A DNA stretch of 63,150 nucleotides, filler included, from Atractiella rhizophila (taxonomy: Eukaryota), in NCBI GenBank assembly GCA_021432655.1. It is 4 parts of 4 records of this genome, joined end to end, with 100 filler letters (N's around TTAATTAATTAA, not from the genome) between each part and the next. Parts side by side here need not be neighbours in the genome. Positions count along the whole stretch, not along the records: positions 1 to 27,853 come from MU271570.1; 3 more parts are not named here. The stretch is one strand, 5' to 3'. The first letter of the stretch is position 1, and each line of letters starts with the position of its first letter. Shown here piece after piece: positions 10,979 through 23,345 of this stretch. Under the pieces are notes generated by a model. The model was not told the DNA's origin and did not search any database. It worked only from the letters and a program-made list of their open reading frames with translations. The position numbers and the translations under genes were made by a program.

Positions 10979-12616
10979 TCACCATGACTTGCCCTGCCAA
11001 GTCCACTTCCTCCATCGTCCATTGTCTGCCCCTCTTTCAAACGGCACAAACTGCACCACCTCCACCTCATCCCATCCCTCCTCGACGGTAGGAGCCACCA
11101 AGTCCTTCTCCCAACTGGCATACGCAACATCTGGTGTCCACTGTTTCCCTTTATACACATATCCATAGACATTGTTGTGTTTCGCAAGGGGAAGAGGAAC
11201 CTTCAGGTAGAGGATGCGTTTGTGGAGGGAGGGCAGGGAGAGGTAAACGGATCGCGTAACCTGTGATCGGGAGGAGTATCAGAACAGCACGGTGCCTTGG
11301 GATGCAGAGCATACGCGGTCCTGGTTCACGTCGTCGATCACGACGCTCTTCCCTGCTTCCAGTGCATCTCTCGCTCTATCCACGCACCCCTTCACAGTCT
11401 TAAATACATCTTGACTCTGTCCACCGGAACCCAGCCCAAACTCAGTGCACTTCCTTTGAACATTAACTACGAGTGAGACCTACAACCCATTCGTACCCTC
11501 TCTCCTTAAACTCCCTGTAATACAAAGTCGTCTTTCCAGATCCTGGGGGTCCGACAAATAATACGATCTCAGGAGAAGATGGTGGTGGGGAGTAGACGAA
11601 AGGGTCTAACAAGCATAAAAATGTCAATCGCGGAGCGAGAGAAAGAAAGGAGGGAGATACGGACCGTTGTGAGCGTACTGGTGTGGATTGAACCCTTTCA
11701 AATCATATTTTGCACCCGGAGCGTTAAGAAAGAACTCTTCCGGCGTGAAAAAGGGGAGGTCTACATTCTGAGCCCACTCTATCACAAACAAACCAGGGCG
11801 AACCGAATCGTTCTGTCAGCATGTCTTGAGACGATGGATAGAAAACGGAAGGAAGACTGACTGCGATCGGAATCCGCCCAATCCGGAGGGTCCACCGTCC
11901 CGGCAGCGTCACCGACGTAGAAGCTGGCCTCCATGTCCACTTGAGAAGGGGAGATGGAGAGGATGGAGGCGAGGTAGACATCCCAGATACCTGTGCACGG
12001 CTTGCGGAAGATGTCGTCCGACGTAGCCCCGAGGAGGTGCAGGGGTACGTCAAGCTGTTCAGGTCTCATTCAGGATGTGAACGAAGGAAAGGGCGACAAA
12101 ATTCACCTCTTGCAGCACGGCTTTAGCTTTGATAATCCACTGCGCTGCGATTCTAGCTGGCAGGTTTTGGTTTGTGACAATGACGATATTCCATCTGTGA
12201 TCAATATTCAGTTATCGAACCCTCAAACACAGGAGGACGGACCCCTTTTCATGCAACTTGCGCAATCGCTCCACGACACAAGGATTCCAAAACATCCAAT
12301 CTGCCTCATCATTCGCAAACATATCTCCAGATCGAGTCTTGATGAGTGTCCCGTCCAGATCGAAGGCTCCTATCTTTACTTTCGTCCCAACTTCACCATC
12401 CTTCAAAACTTCCTCAACCACATCAGAGGATCGAGGGTTCATGTATGGAAAGCCATACGTCCACCACAAACAAGAAGGTTCGTCTGGGGCCACAGGATGC
12501 GAGAGGGACGGCCGTTGTATGATGGACGTGGGTGACGGCGCTTCAGGAGCATCGGTACGGGTTAGGAAGAAGGGATGACTGTCCTCGCTCCTGCTGGTGT
12601 TGGAGTTGTTGGTCAT
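10979..12616 (-). CDS. Polynucleotide kinase/3'-phosphatase (PNKP/Pnk1-like), short-N-terminus paralogue
   Basis: HAD motif [42 protein letters not shown]; kinase P-loop [10 protein letters not shown]; exons checked are in frame. Confidence 0.85.
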
Positions 12617-13608
12617 CTAAAAGGGTTTTGACGGCTTTGAGCAACTGCCGATCGACGGTTCTGACGTTCTGCTAAGGAGCTGACCGGCATATGAGATGCT
12701 GGCTGAAGTTCATAAGGAAAGTCATAGGGAACTGGGATCCCACTCGTTCGCAACCCAAGCCAGAAGTCGAATCATAGCCATTGTTCCGGCTCCGACGCCA
12801 CCCTCCATGCGATGTTAACCCACACCTAAGACTCGATGGGAGGTTGTACCTGTTGATGGGACGTTTGTACAACTCGATGCGCTATGTAGCTATGTCACCG
12901 CTGTTAAGATGAACGATTAAGTCTTGCTTACAGAATTGTTCCCCTTTGCCAACGGGCACAATCGCCCTCGAATTAATGCGGCTTCGATTAATGCTTGGGT
13001 GTTTGATGTACGCAGCTCGGACGCTCAAGTTCCCGCCATCTAGTGGTTGCGTTCCAATCCAGTGTGGCATAGGTCTTCGCTTTATTGAAATCTGGAAATA
13101 GGAACGCTGATGCCTTGGAATTGTCAGGGTGCTCTCTAAGTATCGAATCCGCGCAAGGTTGAGCGTTTGGTTGTGGCAGTCTATGCACAAGTACACATGG
13201 AGAGGAGAGAAAGGAAGGACCTACCTCACGAAGTACTAGTAGAGCTTGAATGAACGTGTCTTTTCCTGTGACACCACGTCCAAAAGGATCCACGAGCCTT
13301 GAATCTGACCAGCAACATTCCCGGACTCAATGACAGACTCGGGTGGAACAAATAACTCCTAGTGAGTGAGTGTAAATGAGAGACGAGAACTGCGGTGCAT
13401 TCTTCTGCTAAACTCTTTGCTACTGTATTGTCAATCTCTGCTCAATGTTGGAATTACCAACCACTGAATCTGAATCTTGTAAGGACAACTGAGACGAATA
13501 CAGTCAGGTACAGCGCCATGCGAACATATCCTGTGTAGTGGAGCGGGCGAGAGAAGGATGAGCCCCGAAGTAACTTGAAGTTTTTGGGAAGTAAATTAAT
13601 ATGTATTA

Positions 13609-13890
13609 CAAGTGTGTCAACGGCCTTCGTCCCTCAGGCCCCTCACCCACTTGCAAGGGGCATGGCCCCTTGAACCCTACTGTGACCGTTGTCAGGGTTC
13701 GAGTCCAGCACAAAACACATTTTTCAACCCTTTCAGATTAAAATTTCCTTGCAGGTTCAGAAAGGGGCAAGCATATGGGATATGATGGTATAATAAATTT
13801 CATTCTATTGTGTATGGTGAGGGAGGTGTGAGGGCTCAAAAGTGCGTCTTATGACTCATGCCAAGAACTGATGAATCTTAGAGTATAGGA
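13609..13890 (-). mobile_element. Non-autonomous mini-Helitron X
   Basis: Plus-strand A|CAAGTGTGTCA end with hairpins GGCCT-TCGTCCCTC-AGGCC and CAAGGGGC-ATG-GCCCCTTG; other end GCTCAAAAGT..TGACTCATG..TATAGGA|T resembles the Helitron 5' end. Confidence 0.7.
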
Positions 13891-13904
13891 TAGGATAGGA
13901 TAGA

Positions 13905-14137
13905 CAAGCTGAGCGGCCCCCTCGTCCCTCGGTGAGAAGTCACCTGACTTTGTCTTGAAAAAATATTTTTTTTCGTGTTTCAAATGATCTTTGCTGTATA
14001 CGCTTCGAAAGGCACCGACACGCGTATTCCGGTGGTATTCTCAGAACTCTGATATGGTTGTTGAGGGCGGTGATATAAACGCTCAAAAGTACATGCGTGA
14101 GTCATGGTAAAAAGCCGTCGTGCTTTTTATATAAGGA
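13905..14137 (-). mobile_element. Non-autonomous mini-Helitron Y
   Basis: A|CAAG..CCCTCGTCCCTCGG end; 13995-14137 colinear with Helitron 3953-4096, ending TATATAAGGA|T. Confidence 0.8.
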
Positions 14138-14297
14138 TACTCCTTATAACGTTCTAACGATTCGACAACCCTATCGAAACCTTCTTTGCCGCCTGTCTCC
14201 GGTTGTAACGCATGTCCATCAAACTCGAAAACAGCCCCGTAGCCGCCCATCGCCGACTCCAAGTCAACCAAAAACCATCAACACTGGAACAGGATTC

Positions 14298-17200
14298 ATG
14301 GCCTCTCCCATCACGCTTCTCTGTCTGGCAGTCGACGACGAGCGAAATGCCTTTGGTTCCGCGTTCATCCTTCGCACACTATCCAATGCCTTCATCAGCG
14401 ACCTTCAAAAAGCGATCAAGGCCGAGATGACTCCTCGGTTGGACCATGTTGCTGCTAACGAACTCTTGCTCTGGAAGTTATTGACACCACCACTTACTGG
14501 CCGCACCAGAGTTGAGAAAACTGCTTTCGACGCACGAATTCAGGGCTTGGTGTTTCCATCGCCGGAATCGGATGAAGCGCTCGAAGGAAACGGTGTTGTT
14601 CAGCTTCTCGACTCAGCTGAGGAGTTATCATATTATTGGATGGGAAGCCCCGAGCCAAAGCATCTTCATCTCATTGTGCAGGTACCGCGTACGTCTTTGA
14701 TCTTTATGTATGCCTTGCATATGTTGAGATAGAGCAGCCACCGAAAGACCAACGAAGAGGCTGAAGCTCGCATCAGAAGACGGCACTGCAACATTGCGCG
14801 CATCTGACACGGCGGTCACAAGTGAAACTGCAGCGCATGGTGGGTGCACGGACTGTGTAAGTGAAATGCTCAATAAATGTTGGCCCTAGGCGTTCGACAG
14901 GGTAGCCCACCCCCGAAAATCACGCTTGATGACGCGATCCAACAAGCAAAGGCCTTTCTAGAGCAGAATTCACATTTTCTGAAATTGGCAGCGACCACGG
15001 ATCCCCAAGTGGATGACTCGAACCCTTTTTTCGTGGACGGGCTTGGTGCTCTATGTGACGCAGATCCAGGTACTATGGATAGGGTTGTCAAACTGTTTCA
15101 ACCCGGAATCTCGAGGTGGACCATCTTTTCGGCTTTCGATACATGTTGATGTCCCCTGTAGGGTTCTATTTAATACGTCAGGATCGGGGAAGACTCGACT
15201 CCTTGTCGAGGGCCTTTGTCAGTACTGGGGGTTCTATTTTACCCCGGATCCGCATCCCCGCCTTGGCTCGGTCGATTTCTCTCGATCCGTTCACAATGTT
15301 GGCTCATATATAGACGCCGGCATCACTTTCGCCCCGAACCTTCCGAACTCACCGAATCGGCGCCGCGTACCCCTTGAGCAAAATCGGACCATCGCCCGAA
15401 CTGTTTTTCTGAGCGTCTTACTGGCACGCCTCCTTGTACTTGAAGCATTCCTACAGGCTGGGGCCGGTATCCCCGCCGTTGAGCTCCGCCGTCGATGGAC
15501 GTATCTCCAGCTTGTGCCATCGGTGCTTCAATCTCAATTTTCTAGCACAGAGGTAGATATATTCGACGGTGTGTACCAAACGATCGAACGACATGGAGAC
15601 AACGACCACCATCTCGTCAACTCTCTTATCAAAAGGATCCGTCAAGATTCCCGGGTTTCGTCCATCTCGCCGTTTTTTCTAGTCTTGGATGAGGCCCAGC
15701 TGTGTTCCAATCAGTACGAGGGAGCGTTCCACTCCGAGAGCGATAAAAGTCCTGCCGGAAATCGTTCAGTACTTCGAGAGATCTTCGCTGCATGGGGGCG
15801 TTCTACCCTGGTGAACACAGCAGTGCTCTTCTCTGGGACTGGTTTCTCTCTTACAAAGGTTTTAGGGCCCTTGGCGAGTTCGTTGGGAGCGGTCGATGAC
15901 ACTGTCTTTACCGACATGGGGGCATTTATTAGCAAAGAGCATCAGGCGGCGTACATCACGAGACACGTGGCGCTGGATGAAGACACAAAGGAGGAAGTGC
16001 TACGTCGTGCATGGCGATGGTTGCGTGGACGGTGGGCACTTTGCTCTTGGCTCGAACCTTGTTCTGACGCGCGCAATTAGGCATCGATTTACGGGAGGAT
16101 TTGTGTATGTCTTACGACGTTGCGGCACCAAGAACGCATCAGCTCTGTTAACCCACTACGTCCAAATTCTTACTGATTACGTCCCTACCGATGGCTCCAA
16201 CAACATGGCAATGACGCACCACGAAAGCGAGCTGTTCCCGGCATTCAACAGCATATCTCAGCATTTCCAAAAGCTTGACGCCGATGATCGTCTTCGCCAA
16301 CGGGTTGCTCTTGCCATGAACACCTTCATGTTACGGCACAGGCCGCACTTTGTCGCCCCCTCTGACGCCGATACAATCGAACTTGGCATTGCTCGACATA
16401 CGACATCTAGCGAAGGGCTTTACAAAAGCATCGTAATCGACGAGCCACTCATTATTGCAGGCGCACTGAGGCATTTTGAGAGTCGTACGGAGTCCATAGA
16501 GGAGACGTTGCGCGAAAGCATATGCCGTCTCCCCATCGGTCCTGTTCGAGGCTACGATCTCGAAGCCATCGGAATGTACATTCTCGCTCAACAGCTCGAC
16601 GGAACCAAGAGTCTCCGCGAAATTTTCAACTTTCAGACGGACTCGATCAATATCGGAAAGGGGAAAGCGCAGTTGATTGCTATCGACGAGATTAATCCGG
16701 ATGGCACACTGCGGTATACGATTGTTAACAAGCCTTGGCTATATCCATTTGGAATGGGCTTCGAAGCAGGCAATCCTTCCGAACACGAGCGCTGGTTCAA
16801 AGGTACAGGAGTTCCTTTTTGTTTCCCTGACACGAGATCGGGACACGATGTTGGGTTCTTTGTGCTGGTGGACGGCAATTCGGTTGTATTTGTCACGGAT
16901 CAGTTCAAGTCTTTCAACAAGGACCTCAGTGCAGCAACAACAAAACGAGCGCTAAAGTCTCTTTCTCCAGCCGAATGTTATAAGGACAAGGTTAGCAAAG
17001 CCACTCTTTTTGCTTGTACAAGGTTGACACAAACCCTCAGAATGGCAAAATTTACACACCTGGCAGGTCCGCTCGGCAAACGATTCTCAAAATCCTCAAA
17101 CGCTCCAACACCCCTTGCCTTGGCATCCTCACCTCGTTTCCGTCGAATCCACACCTTCAGACAATCAATGAACAGGCACCGGAGCACTTTGCGTTATTTG

Positions 17201-17313
17201 ATTTCTCGAAAGTCAAAACAGAGTTGGGACGGCTCCTTACTGAGTTTAGGAGTGACCAGTTTTCAAACCTCGGTGACATTATCCTCTCAGAATGGCCAGT
17301 TGAAGATTATTAA
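14298..17313 (+). CDS. Crinkler (CRN)-type protein: Ubl header + P-loop NTPase + PD-(D/E)xK-like nuclease; ~6 exons
   Basis: N-term ITLLCLAVDD..AF..ISDLQKAIK..ANELLLWKL..KHLHLIVQVP (LFLAK/HVLV-like); RPTKRLK NLS-like; VLFNTSGSGKT; FFLVLDEAQ; GRHRFT; C-term GYDLE..FPDTRSGHD..DQFK. Confidence 0.8.
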
Positions 17314-18089
17314 AGCCCCATGGAATTGTTTTGTATCCAGTGTACATATATGGTCTGCAAGGAAATGGTGACAAGGGCAATGCAGGCGTCACTGGTACTG
17401 CCTGTGTTGCTGGATTGCCTATCTTCAGAACCCCGCAGGTGGCGTACTGATCACTGTTGGGACTTCATGGAAGCATGAACGCTCATAACAGCGTGATTAT
17501 TCGATAAAAGGACGTTACAAGAGCTCTTTGCATCTGAGAAAGAGAGGAAAAAGAGATTGAGCAACTCACTGGGAAGTTGATGTGCTTGCGCACAGCTTTA
17601 CATACCCTTTGGGACAGTGACGGCTTATCTAATGAGCAGTGCCTCCATTTGTGGCGAATGAGCAGATGAAGGGTCGACAAAGGGACGGCAGTGTTGTTTG
17701 GATGCGCTGACCCAAGATACCCTAAAACGGATCGTGATTCAGCAGGGCATTGAAAATAGAGCTGCCCAGTCAGGGGGCAAGAAATAAAACGATCAGAGGA
17801 GTAAATGGATCACGATCGCGTGAATATTCACGGTCAAAGCATGACTCAAGCTCGGGCCCATTCTGGACATGTGGCAAAATTATGACGTGTGTCCGTCTGC
17901 TGCCAGAATCTGCCACGATTGAGGAGGACGCACATCGGGTGATGGACTGGCCAATCTGGACACCTGTCACCATGTCACTGGCGATTTTATTCGCGCACAT
18001 CAGGCGATCCTACTTTTATGGTTGTTGGACGTGCCAGCTGTGGACAGTGACGATCGAGATATAGCTGTTAGGATGGCTTGCATGCGCGT

Positions 18090-18752
18090 TGTAGCGGACG
18101 ACGACAGGGCTACATACAAGTGTTAGAGACAACACCAATATAATACAATGTAAACCGGGACAGAAACCTGAATTATAGACTGGTTTAAAGTAAGCAGTCA
18201 AAAACGTGAATTACTCATACAAGCTTGAAAGAACACCAATGTAATACAATGTAAACCTAAACAGAGACCTGAACAAATAAGCGAAGCCAAGAGCCAGAGA
18301 ACATGAGAACTTTCAGGGAGAGGAGGGCAGGGCAGTGAAAAGAGTGCCGTTAGCTTCAACAACGACGTTGGAAAGCTGCAAGTAGCTACGAACCTATCAG
18401 GGAAAAAGTGCTGTTCGACTTCAACAACGACGTTGGTTGTTGCGAGCAGCTGAGGGGAAAAGAGGGACCCGATCGCGACCTCTTTTTGAAGCTGCGCAAG
18501 GGTCCCACGTCTTGTTAACAATGCTCCCAGCACTTTTCAACAAAACGACTTACGCATTAGGAAGTGGGGTTTGCTCGAATGCTCGACGACGAGCTAGCAA
18601 TCCTGTTTCCTGAGCTGACCGTCAGCATGTGACCAGGACGACCTGGAGACTCCGCTTACCTATCCCGGTAGGTAAAGGAGAGGGAGACGACTCCGAGGCG
18701 CGTCGCGCCTGAGGTGGTGTTGGAGGCAAACGTCCCGGACGCCGCACGTACA
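18090..18752. mobile_element. Solo-LTR-like repeat, copy 2
   Basis: TGTAGCGGA...GCACGTACA; diverged homologue of 4641-5177; internal duplicated AACACCAAT.TAATACAATGTAAACC motif. Confidence 0.65.
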
Positions 18753-19502
18753 ACTTGTGTAATCCATCCATTAAACTCAAGTTATGGTGCAGGCAGCTTA
18801 GTCAATACCATGACTCATTGATGAAAGTTGATTCGTTGCCATTTGTCGTGCAACCATAACTGGAACCATATTTTCCACATATTTATTTTCCACCTTTGCC
18901 TTCTTTCTGTTCCTCACCGGCCGCACCTTGGGTTCAATGGCTCCCAGTCCCTCTATATAAAGGCTTAATCCAGCTGCTTCGCCCTCCTAAGTAGCGCCTT
19001 CTTGTGCTTCTGGACCATCTACCATGAGTCCCAACTTGACAATCAGTCGGAGTTCTTCAGAGAACTCTTCCCCAGCGTTACCCGTAAAGTCGGACCACCA
19101 AGTGAGAGCAGCTTTGCGAGGAGACACGACGTGTGTGTCAGAAAGCAATACTCCAGGGTCCGTGGTTCTACAGTAACTTTACAAGTATCAGTGTTTTGCA
19201 AAGTCGACTGATAACAGATGATGAATGATGATGACATTGGGTGAACAGCTTCCAACACGAGCAAGATGGTGCGGTTCTCGTTCTTCAGTCTACATCTACA
19301 TCTCCTGACTACCAATGTGAGCACTCCTCAATTTCCTCTTGAGCGACAGAAGGATACTTATTGCACGCAGGTACCGGAACCGTCTCTCCCTTGGTTTCGA
19401 GGCATGATCACTTGCCAAGCCGTACTTCTCCAGCCAGCCATGGTTCATCTCCTATCGGAATCAATGAAGTAAGCCCACATCGATCACGCTGATGTTTACA
19501 AA

Positions 19503-20092
19503 ATGTATTCATTTCTCCGACAGCATAGCCGCATGGGCGAGGGCGATCGCGCTGCCTTCTTTAAGGCATTCGAGAAGATGATGGCAGACGAGACGACAAA
19601 GATCAAAACCCCGGACTACCTTCCCGTCATCTCTTCCGCTGTTGCAATGTTCCTAGCTTCAGGGAAGAAGGAGGACCACGGACAATATCTGTGGCTCTGG
19701 ATCGCTTTTCTCCTCCTCATCATCGGTGTCGCATGGGTGGACATTAGTTCTCGTCACTCCTATGCCCGTAGAGGTGAGTCTTCCACCTCGTTGCCTTTTA
19801 CATCCGAACTCAAGTAAACATAGCTAGTGAGAAGCCTAGAGAGCCTACTGGGGAAATAGTTCCTCTGTTGTTGTTTTGGGGCTTTCACCTCATAATTGCG
19901 TACCGCTTCACCTCCAAGCACTTGGACGACGAAGAGAAGTGGGCGTTACACTTGTTACCGGCAATAATCCTCGCCTGGATAGCAACTGTATTGTTCCTTT
20001 GCAGAACCGGGCTCAAGAAATACTTGTGGAAAATTATGGGATTTTCCGGAGGTGGTCATGGAACAATGAAGGTGGAACCAGAGGCGGTTTAG
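19503..20092 (+). CDS. Hypothetical membrane protein (3' exons; 5' end unresolved, TATA at ~18955)
   Basis: Two ORFs joinable at a GTGAGT intron, with three hydrophobic segments (YLWLWIAFLLLIIGVAW; LLLFWGFHLIIAY; LLPAIILAWIATVLFL). Confidence 0.45.
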
Positions 20093-20397
20093 GACGGGTA
20101 ACTCAAAAAGGCATATCGCTCAATTGTTCAATGACGTTGTAGTGTAGTGGAAGAGGCGGAGTTCCCAAAGTTCATTCGGTATTCTCTCAAAGAGGTTAGG
20201 CATGAAGCCACGAAACGAATGCTTCTCAAAAATCGCTTACATTTCTCCTCGCACTGCAACAGAAATTCACTTGCTGGTTGGTCTAACCAAGTCGGTGTAA
20301 AGTCGACCTCAACCTTGCAAACCAAACCACGTCAATTGAAACTCTACTAGAATCTACCTCGTCTCCTTGTAACGATGTATAACCTCATGATGAGAAA

Positions 20398-22661
20398 TCA
20401 CATCGGCTTTCCCTCCCAAGTCCACCTCCTCCACCTTCCCGCAGCGTCCCCCTCCGCCTCCAACGGCGCAAACAACACCTTCTCGACGCTGTCCCAACCT
20501 TCCTCAACGGTAGGTACGACAAAGTCCCTCTCCCAAGTAGTATACGCGATATCCGGTATCCACTGTTTTCCCTCATGCACGTGTCTATGGGTATTATTAT
20601 GTTTGGCAAGGGGAAGGGGAACGTCTAGGTGGACGATTCGTTTGTAGAGGGAGGGAAGGGAAAGATAGACGGATCGGGTGGCCTATGCTCATGCGTTCAC
20701 ATGAACATTATAGGGCGTTCGAGGGAGCATCATTAGCACGTCAACTATGATTGTTTGGATTGTGAAGGACGTACAGGATCTCGGTTCGTGTTGTCGATGA
20801 CGACGCTCCTTCCCTCGTCTAGTGCTTCTCTAGCTCTATCCACACACTTCTTCCTTGTCTTCAACGTGTCTTGGTTCTATCCATCAATACCAGTGAAGAA
20901 AAACCTCTCAGCTTGCAAACGCTAAATAGAAACAAGAGGGGGACGCACAACCCATTCGTATCCTCTCTCCTTGAATACCGTGTTGTACAGAGTGGTCTTG
21001 CCAGATCCTGGAGGTCCCACAAACAACACGATCTCGGGCGTAGACGGTGGCGGAGAATAAACATAAACGTCTAAGCAACCCGACATCAGCTGGGCTGAAC
21101 TACATCACAAACAAACAAACAGCGAGACTAAAGACGGAAGCAAACAGAAGATAGATGGATTAAGAAGGGTAGGCACCGACCTTTGTTAGTGTAATTGTGA
21201 GGATTAAAGCCCTTTAACTCGTAGATAGCCCCCGGAGCATCGAGGAAAAACTGCTCGGGCGTAAAGAAGGGGAGATCCAAATTCTGTGCCCACTCTATCC
21301 CACACCAATCCAATCAGCACCAATCCATCTGTCAAGCTATAGTCCGATGAAAGGTACTGACTGCGATCGGTATCAGCCCAATCAGGAGGATCCACCGTTC
21401 CAGCAGCGTCGCCGACGTAGAAACTGGCGTCCATGTCGACGCTAGAAGGTGGAATGGAGAGGATGGAGGAGAGGTAGACGTCCCAGATGCCTGTGCATGG
21501 TTTGCGGAAGATGTCGTGCGTGACGGCAGCGAGCAGGTGGAGAGGTACGTCGAGCTGTTTGGTATCGTATAGGTGTTAATTGAGCTATCAGGATGGAAGA
21601 TAAGAGGGAAGATTTGACTTACGGCTCGGAGCACGGCTTTCGCTTTCGGGATCCACTTAGTTGCGTTCCTCGCGGACAGGTTCTGGTTGGTGACGATGAC
21701 GACGTTGAATCTAGCATAAGAATTCGCGAAAAAAGAGCGTGTCAGACTTCGTTCTTGCAAATTATAAACAGAAATGGGACGCACCCCTCTTCGTGGAGTT
21801 TCCGTAACCGGTCCTTTACACAAGGATCCCAAAACATCCAGTCCCCATCATATTGAGCGAAGCTTCCTCCAGATTGGGTCTTGATGAGTGTGCCATCGAG
21901 GTCGAACGCTGCAATCTTTACTTTCTCCGCACCTCCGCCTCCATTCCCCACACTCACATCTTCTATCTCCCGCCCATCCGTGGAAGTAGCAGGAGAAGAA
22001 GGAGGAGAAGAATCTCCCAAGTTCATGCGCGGAAAACCATATGTCCACCACAAACAAGTAGCATTCTGAGGTGCCAACGGATGACACAGAGAAGGACGTT
22101 GTATGACCGCCGTGGAGGAAGCCTTCTCTTGAGCATTAGGAGGGGGAAGGAAGAAAGGATGGGTGTCTTTCCCCCTCCCTCCGTTGTAGTTGTTAGCGAG
22201 TGAAGAGGGAAAGTGCGAGCCACATCCTCGTCCCCTCCCCGTTCCACGGGAGAGATGGGGAGAGAAACCACGGCCGCGGGAGGGTTGGAAAGTGGCGGCG
22301 GTCGGTGAGAGCTTGGAGGTGGCGGTCGTGGAGGCTACTGGTGATTCTAAAGCAGAGGCTTCGGCGGAACTAGAGGTACGGGAGAATTTGGAGAAATGTG
22401 TCCTTATGTCGCTCTATTCTCCAAATATCCATGAGTCCAGTTCTATTCCAATCGAGGCGCGAACTTCGGAATACTACGAAAATAAAAATATAGACGACAG
22501 ACCTGCATACCCGCTCCTCCTCCCCTCCTCTGACCCATCCCCCTGCATCGCCCTCTCCCCCTTCCCAAGGCAGACTCTTGAGCTCCCTCCTGCGCACTCC
22601 GCGAGGAACTGGCACTGGACTCAGACTCGATCTCCTTCTGCTGCCTCTTGCGCGGTGGCAT
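20398..22661 (-). CDS. Polynucleotide kinase/3'-phosphatase (PNKP/Pnk1-like), long paralogue with basic/RG-rich N-terminus
   Basis: [70 protein letters not shown]. Confidence 0.88.
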
Positions 22662-23345
22662 GCCTCCGAGCTCGGACACAGGGAGGGACGAGAAGCTAGA
22701 TGATCGGCGGAGGCGGAGAGGGAACACGCGGAGCAAAAACGTAGAAGGAGCCAGTGTGGCAGTATTGCAGGTGAGTTTGGACGACGCGAGTGGAGCACAC
22801 TATCCGATAGTCATGAGTCTAGTTCGAGTCGAAGAAGCGTCGGTTATATAACGCCGATTTCATTTATATCATTCCAAATACAAATGCTTGTCGAAATACT
22901 CATCTCTCTGTCCTTCAAAATTGCTTCTGTTGCACAACGATCTCTCTGGAACTTATCATCACCGTTACCTTAAGAGGATTGCGCGCATGTTGCCCCGAGC
23001 TCCCAGTGGGCAAAAGTGTGTTCGTGGCCTTTAAACTAATCATTTACTGTTCCTCAGTTATTAGTTTATGATTCATGTACTCTGGCGCCGCGCGTATACT
23101 GTTTGCTTATCTTGCTCTTTAGCAGAAATCCAGCATGATGTCAAGAGAAGAATGAAACATGCCTGACTGACTGAACACGAGAACAATTTTGAGCCTTATC
23201 TTGCTCGACTTTTCGAATTATTGTCACAAATGTTGAACACGGCAGCTGGCTTTGATCAAGGGAACGCAATTGTGGAGGATCATCAGGGTGGATCGATGGG
23301 CTTGCTCTGCACTTTGACAGTTTGACATTTTGACATTTTGAGACC

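Noticed and set aside
12882..13293. GNLSVRAAYIKH..RAIVPVGKGEQ, faintly SET-domain-like
   Set aside because: Spacing too short, NHSC motif absent, no coherent gene model
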